Positions 1 to 7,523 of a stretch of DNA of 23,559 bases are shown piece after piece. Under the pieces are notes generated by a model. It saw nothing but the letters and a program-made list of their open reading frames with translations, was not told the DNA's origin and ran no database searches. Within the stretch, counting starts at the first letter, position 1. Every line of letters begins with the position of its first letter. The position numbers and the translations under genes are program-made. Source of the DNA: a candidate division WOR-3 bacterium (GTDB lineage: Bacteria; Hydrothermota; Tepidihabitantia; Tepidihabitantales; Tepidihabitantaceae); assembly GCA_965648935.1 (NCBI GenBank), contig CBFGIY010000036.1:1-23559 (forward strand), in the 5' to 3' direction.

Positions 1-2
1 TG

Positions 3-449
3 ATGGAGAAGGAGATGTCCGAGGCGTCGCATGAGCTCATCGTCTGCACCGACGATGGTTCGAACGGCAACCGCGGCTTCGTGACCGATATGCTGAAGGC
101 GGTGCTCGATCGGGGCGAGAAGGTCGACCGCGTGTTCGCGGTCGGCCCTGTGATAATGATGAAGATGGTTTCGAAGCTGACCGAACCGCACAGCATCCCC
201 ACCGTGGTCAGCCTGAATCCAATAATGCTCGACGCGACCGGGATGTGCGGTGTCTGCCGGGTTGACGTGGGCGGTGAAACGAAGTTTGCCTGCGTGGACG
301 GGCCTGAGTTTGACGGTCATAAGGTGGACTTTGACCTGCTGATGGCCCGTCTGCGTGTGTATCTGTCCGAGGAGAAGCAGTCGTTGCAGCTTTTCGAGCA
401 GGGCCAGGGCGGGTGCTGCGGCGCGCACAAGGAGTGCAGGCATGGCTAA
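3..449 (+). CDS. nfnA: NfnA-like FAD/[2Fe-2S] subunit (sulfide dehydrogenase beta / dihydroorotate dehydrogenase electron-transfer family), 5'-truncated by the window edge
   Basis: Motifs TDDGSNG, VGPVIMMK, SLNPIMLDATGMCGVCRV and FACVDGPEFDGH. Stop overlaps the start of the NfnB-like gene by 8 nt. Confidence 0.88.
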   Translation: MEKEMSEASHELIVCTDDGSNGNRGFVTDMLKAVLDRGEKVDRVFAVGPVIMMKMVSKLTEPHSIPTVVSLNPIMLDATGMCGVCRVDVGGETKFACVDGPEFDGHKVDFDLLMARLRVYLSEEKQSLQLFEQGQGGCCGAHKECRHG

Positions 450-1839
450 GCCATCACCGACGAAAACGCCGATGCGGGAGCAGCTCCCGAACACTCGCGT
501 CCACAACTTCGACGAGGTGCCGTATGGCTACACGCCAGAGGAGGCCGTCGAGGAGGCCAAGCGTTGCCTGCAGTGCAAGAAGCCGGGTTGCGTGCAGGGC
601 TGCCCGGTGAACGTGGACATACCCGGTTTCATCGGCCAGATCGCGCTCGGCAATTTCTGGGAGGCCGTGAAGGTGATGAAGGGCACGAACATGCTGCCCG
701 CCATCTGCGGCCGGGTATGCCCCCAGGAAGAGCAGTGCGAGGGCAAGTGTGTGCTCGCCAAGAAGATGGAGCCGGTCGGGGTGGGAAACCTCGAGCGGTT
801 CATCGCCGACTGGGAGGCTGAGCAGGGCGAATGCTACATGTGCGAGAAGCGGGCCGCGACCGGCAAGAAGGTCGCGGTCGTGGGGGCCGGGCCAGCCGGA
901 CTGACCGTCGCGGGCGACCTGCTGCGGGCGGGCCACGAGGTGACCATTTTCGAAGCGCTGCACAAGCCCGGCGGCGTGCTGGTCTACGGCATTCCCGAGT
1001 TTCGGTTGCCCAAGTCGATTGTCGAGCGCGAGGTGAAGTTTGTCCAGGATATGGGCGCGAAGCTGGTGACGAGCTACGTCATAGGGAAGACCCGGACGGT
1101 TGACGAGCTGCTCGAGGAGTACGATGCCGTGTTCATCGGCACCGGGGCGGGCTTGCCCTGGTTCATGGGGATACCGGGCGAGAATCTCAACGGTATCTAC
1201 TCGGCCAACGAGTACCTGACCCGGTCGAACCTGATGAAGGCTTACCTTTTCCCGAAGTACGACACGCCGATAGTCCGCGGCAAGCAGGTCGCGGTCATCG
1301 GCGGCGGCAACGTGGCGATGGACGCGGCACGGACCGCGCTGCGGCTCGGCGCCGAGCGCTCGATGATAATCTACCGCCGGTCGCGCGAGGAGCTGCCCGC
1401 GCGCGAGGCCGAGATCCATCACGCCGAACAGGAAGGGCTGGACTTCCGCTTCCTGCACCTGCCGGTGCGTTACATCGGCGACGAGCAGGGCTGGGTGAAG
1501 GAAGTCGAGTGCGTTCGCATGGAGCTGGGCGAGCCGGACGCAAGCGGCCGGCGCCGGCCGGTCAAGGTGGAGGGCAGTGAGTTCCGGATCCCGGTGGATA
1601 CTGTGGTGGTGGCCATCGGCCAGAGTCCGAATCCTCTTATACCGCAGACCACGCCCGGACTTGAAGTAGCCAAGCACGGCAACATCGTCGCAGACCCGAC
1701 TACGGGCCGGACATCAAAGAAAGGCGTGTTCGCCGGCGGCGATATCGTCACCGGAGCCGCCACGGTCATTCTGGCAATGGGAGCCGGCCGAATCGCGGCG
1801 CGATCGATAGACGAGTATCTTGTGACGGGTCGGTGGTAG
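442..1839 (+). CDS. nfnB: NfnB-like NADPH-dependent flavo-FeS subunit (glutamate synthase small-subunit/SudA family), 465 aa
   Basis: Start set at ATG 442 after AAGGAG. FeS motifs EAKRCLQCKKPGCVQGCP and LPAICGRVCPQEEQCE, Rossmann motifs GAGPAG and GGGNVAMD, and GVFAGGD. Its pairing with the upstream nfnA-like gene matches the electron-bifurcating transhydrogenase NfnAB. Confidence 0.85.
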   Translation: MAKPSPTKTPMREQLPNTRVHNFDEVPYGYTPEEAVEEAKRCLQCKKPGCVQGCPVNVDIPGFIGQIALGNFWEAVKVMKGTNMLPAICGRVCPQEEQCEGKCVLAKKMEPVGVGNLERFIADWEAEQGECYMCEKRAATGKKVAVVGAGPAGLTVAGDLLRAGHEVTIFEALHKPGGVLVYGIPEFRLPKSIVEREVKFVQDMGAKLVTSYVIGKTRTVDELLEEYDAVFIGTGAGLPWFMGIPGENLNGIYSANEYLTRSNLMKAYLFPKYDTPIVRGKQVAVIGGGNVAMDAARTALRLGAERSMIIYRRSREELPAREAEIHHAEQEGLDFRFLHLPVRYIGDEQGWVKEVECVRMELGEPDASGRRRPVKVEGSEFRIPVDTVVVAIGQSPNPLIPQTTPGLEVAKHGNIVADPTTGRTSKKGVFAGGDIVTGAATVILAMGAGRIAARSIDEYLVTGRW

Positions 1840-1870
1840 CCGAATCTGACCCGCTGATCAGGAGGTGTGA

Positions 1871-2818
1871 GTGAGCAGAAGCGACATAGTCCGCAGGTTG
1901 CGCAAGCGCAAGATCGGCGTCCTGATGGGCGGTTGGTCGAGCGAGCGCGAGATATCGCTGCTTTCCGGGCAACGCGTGCTCAACTCTCTGAAGAACCAGG
2001 GTTTTCAGGCGGTCGCCATCGACATCAACCGTAACTTCGTGACCCAGATAAGGGACGCGAAGATCGACCTGGCGTTCATTATCCTCCATGGCCGTCCGGG
2101 CGAGGACGGTTCCATTCAGGGATACCTTGACATGCTCGGCGTGCCCTACACCGGTTCGGGCGTGACCGCCTCGGCGGTCTGTATGGACAAGGTGTTCACC
2201 AAGGAGCTGTTCCGACGCTGGGATATCCCCACGCCGGACGACGTGGTTATCGGCGCGGATGAGCCGGTGGCGCCGATGCTGGCGCAGGCTGAGAAGCGGT
2301 TCGGTTACCCAATGATCGCCAAGCCCCGGGCCGAGGGGTCGTCGGTCGGCATCGAACTGCTCGAGGGGAGACGCGGCGCTGCCGAGCGCTGTGAAAGGGT
2401 CCGACGCGGGTTCGGCGACATCCTGCTGGAGCAGTTCATCCCGGGCATGGTCGCGACCGTCGGCATACTTGTCAACGAGGCATTGCCTATCCTGGAGCTG
2501 GTGCCCAAGCGCCAGCGGTTCTATGACTACGAGGCGAAGTACACCCGCGGCGAAACCGATTTCATCCTGCCGGCCCGGCTTGACCCGCAGGTTGAGGCCA
2601 GCATCAAGGAGCTGGCGCTGCGGGCTTTCCGCCGCGTCGGGTGCAAGGGCTTTGCCCGGCTTGACCTGGTCGTGAAGGGTGGAAAGTTGCCTTACTTCCT
2701 TGAAATCAATACGTTACCCGGGCTTACCGACATATCGGATCTGCCGGCCGAGGCCGAGGCAGCGGGAATCTCGTATGACGAGCTCATCTTCCGCATCCTT
2801 GCAGACGCACTGGTGTAA
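1871..2818 (+). CDS. ddl: D-alanine--D-alanine ligase
   Basis: GGWSSEREISL, LHGRPGEDG, GVPYTGSG, EGSSVG, FYDYEAKY and EINTLPG motifs. SD GGAGGTG at 1861-1867 precedes the GTG start. Confidence 0.95.
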   Translation: MSRSDIVRRLRKRKIGVLMGGWSSEREISLLSGQRVLNSLKNQGFQAVAIDINRNFVTQIRDAKIDLAFIILHGRPGEDGSIQGYLDMLGVPYTGSGVTASAVCMDKVFTKELFRRWDIPTPDDVVIGADEPVAPMLAQAEKRFGYPMIAKPRAEGSSVGIELLEGRRGAAERCERVRRGFGDILLEQFIPGMVATVGILVNEALPILELVPKRQRFYDYEAKYTRGETDFILPARLDPQVEASIKELALRAFRRVGCKGFARLDLVVKGGKLPYFLEINTLPGLTDISDLPAEAEAAGISYDELIFRILADALV

Positions 2819-2837
2819 GCTGCTGTCTCTGCCTCGC

Positions 2838-2865
2838 TTGACACTGATGGTTTCTTAAATACGAT
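2838..2865 (+). promoter_or_regulatory. Sigma70-type promoter for rplR-secY (TTGACA-N16-TACGAT), probably leaderless
   Basis: TTGACA at 2838-2843 and TACGAT at 2860-2865 in an AT-rich patch. ATG of rplR at 2873 with no SD. Confidence 0.7.
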
Positions 2866-2872
2866 ACTCGGA

Positions 2873-3220
2873 ATGGTAAAAGACAGGCGCCTCAGGCGAC
2901 ACAGGAGTCTGCGCCATCGCATCAGCGGGACCGCGGATCGGCCCCGGCTTTGCGTCCGGCGCAGCAACGTGCATATCTACGCGATGCTCATCGACGATGA
3001 GCGCGAGCGCGTGCTCACCGGCGTCGGCTCGAACGCCGGAGAGCTGCGGGGCAAGAAGGTCAAAAGGGTCGACGCCTCGAAGGAAGTCGGCAAGCTCATC
3101 GCGTCCAAGGCCAGGGAACTGGGAATATCGAAGGTGGTTTTCGACCGGGCAGGCTATCGTTTCCACGGCCGCATCAAGGCGGTGGCCGAGGGCGCCCGTG
3201 AGGGAGGACTGCAGTTTTGA
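2873..3220 (+). CDS. rplR: 50S ribosomal protein L18
   Basis: GTADRPRLCVRRSNVHIYA and VVFDRAGYRFHGRIKAVAEGAREGGLQF. Confidence 0.97.
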   Translation: MVKDRRLRRHRSLRHRISGTADRPRLCVRRSNVHIYAMLIDDERERVLTGVGSNAGELRGKKVKRVDASKEVGKLIASKARELGISKVVFDRAGYRFHGRIKAVAEGAREGGLQF

Positions 3221-3771
3221 GACAGACCGGTGACCGCATGGGCTCGGGACTGCCCGAGCAGGAATTCATCGAGCACGTCATCAACATCAAGCGCGTGTCG
3301 AAGGTGATGAAGGGCGGCAAGCGGATGAAGATCTCGGCGGCGGTCGTCGTCGGCGACGGCAGCGGCCAGGTCGGACTCGGGCACGGCAAGGCATCGGAAG
3401 TGGCGGCCGCGGTGCGCAAGGCCACTACCCGGGCGCGCAAGGACATGGTGCGCGTATCGATCAAGGGTCACACGATCCCGCATGAAACCAACGGCAAGTA
3501 CGCGGCCAGCCGCGTGCTGGTTAAGCCGGCGGCGCCGGGCACCGGGCTGATTGCCTGTCCTCAGGTCCGGGCCGTGCTCCATGCCGCGGGACTCAGCGAT
3601 GCGCTCTCGAAGTCGCTCGGTTCGCGCAACCCGTACAACACCGCACGCGCGACGATCCGGGCGCTGGCCGCGGTGCGCAGCATCGAGCAGATTGCCTCCG
3701 TCCGCAACAAGTCGGTGCGCCACTTCGTGGCGCGGGAACAACATGAAGCAGCTGAAGGTTACACTGGCTAA
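3217..3771 (+). CDS. rpsE: 30S ribosomal protein S5
   Basis: RVSKVMKGG, VVVGDGSGQVGLGHGKASEV, KPAAPGTGLIA and KSLGSRNPYN. TTG start overlaps the rplR stop, with GGAGG at 3203-3207. Alternative start is ATG 3238. Confidence 0.95.
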   Translation: MRQTGDRMGSGLPEQEFIEHVINIKRVSKVMKGGKRMKISAAVVVGDGSGQVGLGHGKASEVAAAVRKATTRARKDMVRVSIKGHTIPHETNGKYAASRVLVKPAAPGTGLIACPQVRAVLHAAGLSDALSKSLGSRNPYNTARATIRALAAVRSIEQIASVRNKSVRHFVAREQHEAAEGYTG

Positions 3772-3922
3772 GAGCCTCATTGACCAGAAGGAGCCGATCA
3801 AGCGGACGGTCCGGGCGCTCGGGCTGCGACGGGTCGGCGCCTCGCGGGTCCACGACGCGACCCCGGTCATCAACGGTATGATTTTCAAAGCGAAGCACCT
3901 GCTCAAAGTGGAGGAGCTGTGA
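3743..3922 (+). CDS. rpmD: 50S ribosomal protein L30 (59 aa)
   Basis: MKQLKVTLAKSLIDQKEPIKRTVRALGLRRVG...INGMIFKAKHLLKVEEL. Start set at ATG 3743, overlapping rpsE by 29 nt. Canonical position in the operon. Confidence 0.95.
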   Translation: MKQLKVTLAKSLIDQKEPIKRTVRALGLRRVGASRVHDATPVINGMIFKAKHLLKVEEL

Positions 3923-4356
3923 GGCTCGGCAACCTGCGGCCGGACGAGGGCGCCAAGAAGCGGCGCAAGCGCGTGGGCTGCGGGCCGGGGTCGGGACACG
4001 GCAAGACCTCGGGCCGCGGTCACAAGGGCGCGGGCCAGCACTCGGCATCGGAGTTCGACGCGCGCTTCGAGGGCGGCCAGATGCCCTTCTATCGCCGCAT
4101 CCCCAAGCGCGGTTTTGTCAACCCGACGCGCCGTGAGTACGCTGCCATCAATCTCGATGCGGTCGCCGGTCTGAACCTGGACAGCGTTACCGTGGACGTT
4201 CTGCGCGAACGCCGGCTCGTGCCGCGTGACATGCCGGTCAAGATACTGGGCGACGGCGAGCTGTCACGGCCGGTCAGCGTCGCCGCGCACGCGTTCAGCC
4301 AGTCGGCCCGGGCCAAGATCGAGCAGGCCGGCGGTAAGGTTGAGGTCGTCAAGTGA
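3919..4356 (+). CDS. rplO: 50S ribosomal protein L15
   Basis: GSGHGKTSGRGHKG, FEGGQMPFYRRIPKRGF and VKILGDGEL. GTGA overlap with rpmD. Confidence 0.97.
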   Translation: MRLGNLRPDEGAKKRRKRVGCGPGSGHGKTSGRGHKGAGQHSASEFDARFEGGQMPFYRRIPKRGFVNPTRREYAAINLDAVAGLNLDSVTVDVLRERRLVPRDMPVKILGDGELSRPVSVAAHAFSQSARAKIEQAGGKVEVVK

Positions 4357-5663
4357 CGGCCAGCATACCCAATATCTTCAAGATTCCGGACCTGCGCCGG
4401 AAGATCCTGTTCACGCTGGCTATGGTCGTGGTGTACCGCCTCGGCGGCCACGTTCCCGTGCCGGGCATCAACGCCCAGGCGTTGGGCTACATCCTCGGTA
4501 CGATGCGCGGGACCGTCTTCGGCCTGTACGACATCTTTGTCGGCGGCGCGCTGTCGCGCGCCTCGCTTTTCGCCCTGGGCATCATGCCCTACATCTCCGC
4601 CTCGATCGTGTTCCAGCTGCTCGGGTCGGTGTTTCCGTATCTTGAGAAACTCCAGCGCGACGAAGAGGGCCGCAAGAAGATCAACCAGTACACCCGGTAC
4701 GCGACTGTCGCCTTGGCGATCGTCCAGTCGACGACCATCGCGCTCTATCTTGAGAATCAGCCGCCGACGCAGTTCGGCCCGATCATCACCAATCCGGGTC
4801 TGTTCTTCCGGCTGCTGACCATCATCACGCTGACTGCGGGTACGATCTTCGCGATGTGGCTGGGCGAGCAGATCACCGACCGGGGCATCGGCAACGGCAT
4901 ATCGTTCCTCATCTTCGTGGGCTGCCTTGATTCGACGCCGTCGGACATCGGCCGTACCATGTCTATGGTGCGCGCCGGCGAGGTTTCGTGGCTTGCGCTG
5001 GTGATGATCGCGGTGATCATCTTCGGTGTCTACGCGCTGAACGTGCTGACGACGATGGCAGTGCGTAAGATTCCGGTGCAGTATCCCAAGCGCATCGTCG
5101 GCCGCAAGATGTACGGCGGGCAGTCGACTCATATCCCCTTGCGCCTGATAACGGCCGGCGTCATACCGATCATCTTCGCACAGAGCCTGGTCGTGTTCCC
5201 GTCGACCATCGCCGCGTTCGTCAAGCTGCCGGCCCTGCAGTCCCTGCAAAACATTCTCAACCCCGGCGGCTGGCTCTACAACCTGCTTTACGCCGGCCTT
5301 ATAGTTTTCTTCACCTACTTCTACACCTCGATCGTGTTCAACCCGCGCGACCTGGCCGACAACATGCAGCGCTACGGCGGTTTCATTCCCGGCATCCGAC
5401 CGGGCGAGAAGACCGCCGCATTCATCGATCGCAGCCTGACCCTCCTGACCTTGCCCGGGGCGCTCTTCCTCGTGGTCATGGCACTGATGCCATGGTATAT
5501 GATGAGCATTTTCCGGGTGCCGTTCTACTTCGGCGGCACGACCCTGATGATCGTCGTCGGCGTCGCGCTGGACACGCTCCAGCAGATCGAGGCGAATCTC
5601 GTGATGCGACACTACGAAGGTCTGGTCAAGGGTGGCAAGTTCCAGGGCCGTCGCTTCGGATAA
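4353..5663 (+). CDS. secY: Preprotein translocase subunit SecY
   Basis: SLFALGIMPYISASI, WLGEQITDRGIGNGIS, AGVIPIIFA, FIPGIRPG and FGGTTLMIVVGV. Many TM segments. Confidence 0.98.
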   Translation: MTASIPNIFKIPDLRRKILFTLAMVVVYRLGGHVPVPGINAQALGYILGTMRGTVFGLYDIFVGGALSRASLFALGIMPYISASIVFQLLGSVFPYLEKLQRDEEGRKKINQYTRYATVALAIVQSTTIALYLENQPPTQFGPIITNPGLFFRLLTIITLTAGTIFAMWLGEQITDRGIGNGISFLIFVGCLDSTPSDIGRTMSMVRAGEVSWLALVMIAVIIFGVYALNVLTTMAVRKIPVQYPKRIVGRKMYGGQSTHIPLRLITAGVIPIIFAQSLVVFPSTIAAFVKLPALQSLQNILNPGGWLYNLLYAGLIVFFTYFYTSIVFNPRDLADNMQRYGGFIPGIRPGEKTAAFIDRSLTLLTLPGALFLVVMALMPWYMMSIFRVPFYFGGTTLMIVVGVALDTLQQIEANLVMRHYEGLVKGGKFQGRRFG

Positions 5664-5667
5664 TCGC

Positions 5668-5697
5668 CGGAATAACGCTCCCGGCACAACGGTAAGT
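5668..5697 (+). promoter_or_regulatory. Putative autoregulatory ECF promoter, copy 1: CGGAATA-N16-GGTAAGT
   Basis: GGAAT -35 and GTAA -10 resemble ECF consensus boxes. The same boxes and spacing recur at 7477-7506. The sigma ATG is at 5701. Confidence 0.75.
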
Positions 5698-5700
5698 TGG

Positions 5701-6273
5701 ATGACAGAGCCCGCGGGGCGTCCTGCCGATTTGGAGCTGATACGGCGGGTGCAGTCAGGCGACCTCGCAGCATTCGACGAGCTGATGCAGCGCTATGCCA
5801 GGAGTGTGTACAAGGTGACCTACTCGCTGATGCGTTCCCATGCAGATGCCGATGACGCGGCCCAGGATACCTTCATCCGGGCCTTCCGGTCAATCGGGCG
5901 CTACGACCCGACCTGGCGGTTCTACACCTGGCTGCGCCGCATCGCGGTGAACGTCTGCCTCAATGAACTGAAGCGGCGCAAACGGTTCCGGCTCGTGCCG
6001 CTGCCCCAGCCGGATGGCGATGCCGAGAGCGCGGACGTGCCCGACCCCAACCCGGCAGAGGTCGACTCGACCCTGCGCCGCGACCTGGATGCGGCGCTGA
6101 CCAGGCTACCTGATGACCAGCGGGCGGTGTTCGTGCTTCGGGTCAACGAAGAGATGAGCTACAGCGAGATCAGCGAGGTGCTGGCGATACCGGTCGGCAC
6201 CGTGATGTCCCGGCTGAACCGCGCCCGCGCCCGTCTGCGTGTGCTGATGAAGGAGTACCTGCCCAGGCGATGA
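5701..6273 (+). CDS. ECF (sigma-70 group 4) RNA polymerase sigma factor, 190 aa
   Basis: Region 2 GDLAAFDELMQRY...DADDAAQDTF...FYTWLRRIAVN and region 4 LPDDQRAVFVLR...MSYSEISEVLAIPVGTVMSRLNRAR. Start set at ATG 5701 because the longer ORF overlaps secY. Confidence 0.93.
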   Translation: MTEPAGRPADLELIRRVQSGDLAAFDELMQRYARSVYKVTYSLMRSHADADDAAQDTFIRAFRSIGRYDPTWRFYTWLRRIAVNVCLNELKRRKRFRLVPLPQPDGDAESADVPDPNPAEVDSTLRRDLDAALTRLPDDQRAVFVLRVNEEMSYSEISEVLAIPVGTVMSRLNRARARLRVLMKEYLPRR

Positions 6274-7445
6274 AACCATATTGCCGCAAAATTCACGATC
6301 TGCTCGGCCAGTATGTTGATGGCGAGCTGAGTCGTGATGAGCTGGTCCGGGTGGAGGCCCACCTTGATCGATGCGCCGATGCCCGCGCCGAGGTCGAGGA
6401 GCTGCGCGCCCTGCACGAGCTGGTGCGCAAGGCCGACGTTCCCGAGCCGGCCGAGCACTACTGGGACTGGCAGCGGCTCAGCGTGATGCGCGGCATCAAG
6501 TCGGGCCGGCGACGCCGGGCGCTGCCTCAGGCCAGGCCCGGGCTTGCCTGGCTGCGGCTTGCGACTGTGGCGGGCGGCCTTATGGTGGTGCTGATTGTCG
6601 TTGTCACAGGCTGGCGGCTCGCGGTTCCTGGCTCTGTCGAGCGACTGCTGGAGGGCCGGCCTTCGCCTGCCGCGCGGTCCGCCGCTCCGACCGAAGCGCA
6701 GTCACCGGACCGGGCTGAGGCGATTGAGCCGGAGGCCTTGACCCTGGTCCCGGCGCCCGAGTCAAAAAAGACCGTCGCAGGCGGGACTCCGGGCACGGCG
6801 GCAAGCCGCAGCGAGAGCGGTCCGGCGGAGCCGGTGGCCGCCGCGACTGAGGCCTCAGCCCAAAGCGGGCTGGTCGACGTCCTCGTTGATTCAGCCGGGG
6901 TGCCGCTGACCGCGCGCATCGCCGGCACGAGCGGCGATGACAGAGTCGACAGCGCTGCGGTCGCGGCCTCGCTCAGGCAGCGGCACCGGCCGCGCGTCGT
7001 CGGGGGCCGTCCGCGCGAGGGCTGGGTCGAAGTGCCTTTCGAGATAGCGGCTACCCCGAAGCCTTCGCCTGAGCCTGCGCCGCCCGGTCGCGAGGAGAGG
7101 GCAGAGGACTGGTCGGCGCGTCCCGAGCGACCGTCAACCGCCGCCAAGCAGCGCATGGGCGGCGATTCGCCGGCGAGCTTGATTGAGCTGCCCAAGTGTG
7201 AGAACCCGCCGACCGACACCGGTACTGCGGTCGTGCGCGTAATGGTCGAGATTGACGGCAAGGCAAGCCAGGTGAAGGTCACGCGGTCCAGCGGCAGCAA
7301 GGCCGTCGACGATTTCGCGTTGCGACTTGCCCGGGCCGCGTCGTACCGACCGGCAGAGCGCGGCGGCAGGCCGGTGCGAGCCTGGCTCGAGTACCCGGTC
7401 AGCAATCGCCCGGCCCGCGTGCCTCGGTCCGAGCAGGATCAGTAG
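6270..7445 (+). CDS. Membrane-anchored anti-sigma factor: zf-HC2/ZAS-like N-domain, one TM helix, Pro/Ala-rich linker and two TonB C-terminal-like domains
   Basis: ATGA-coupled to the sigma gene. N-terminus CRKIHDLLGQYVDGELS...VEAHLDRC, TM about aa 97-115, TonB_C-like repeats at about aa 199-259 and 318-378. Confidence 0.82.
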   Translation: MKPYCRKIHDLLGQYVDGELSRDELVRVEAHLDRCADARAEVEELRALHELVRKADVPEPAEHYWDWQRLSVMRGIKSGRRRRALPQARPGLAWLRLATVAGGLMVVLIVVVTGWRLAVPGSVERLLEGRPSPAARSAAPTEAQSPDRAEAIEPEALTLVPAPESKKTVAGGTPGTAASRSESGPAEPVAAATEASAQSGLVDVLVDSAGVPLTARIAGTSGDDRVDSAAVAASLRQRHRPRVVGGRPREGWVEVPFEIAATPKPSPEPAPPGREERAEDWSARPERPSTAAKQRMGGDSPASLIELPKCENPPTDTGTAVVRVMVEIDGKASQVKVTRSSGSKAVDDFALRLARAASYRPAERGGRPVRAWLEYPVSNRPARVPRSEQDQ

Positions 7446-7476
7446 TCCGCTCTCACCTCAGGACAACCCAGCCGCT

Positions 7477-7506
7477 CGGAATAGTCCCCGCTTCCGACAG
7501 GTAAGT
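7477..7506 (+). promoter_or_regulatory. Putative ECF promoter, copy 2: CGGAATA-N16-GGTAAGT, upstream of tonB
   Basis: Both 7-nt boxes and the 16-nt spacer length match copy 1, while the spacer sequence differs. Followed by SD AAGGAGGTG and ATG 7524. Confidence 0.75.
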
Positions 7507-7523
7507 CTGCAAAGGAGGTGGTT

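Noticed and set aside
442..1839. Calling this gene a true glutamate synthase subunit (gltD)
   Set aside because: No gltB large subunit is adjacent, and the upstream partner is NfnA-like.
454..5687. Minus-strand ORFs of 407, 295 and 532 aa
   Set aside because: They overlap nfnB, ribosomal protein genes and secY, which are unambiguous on the + strand.
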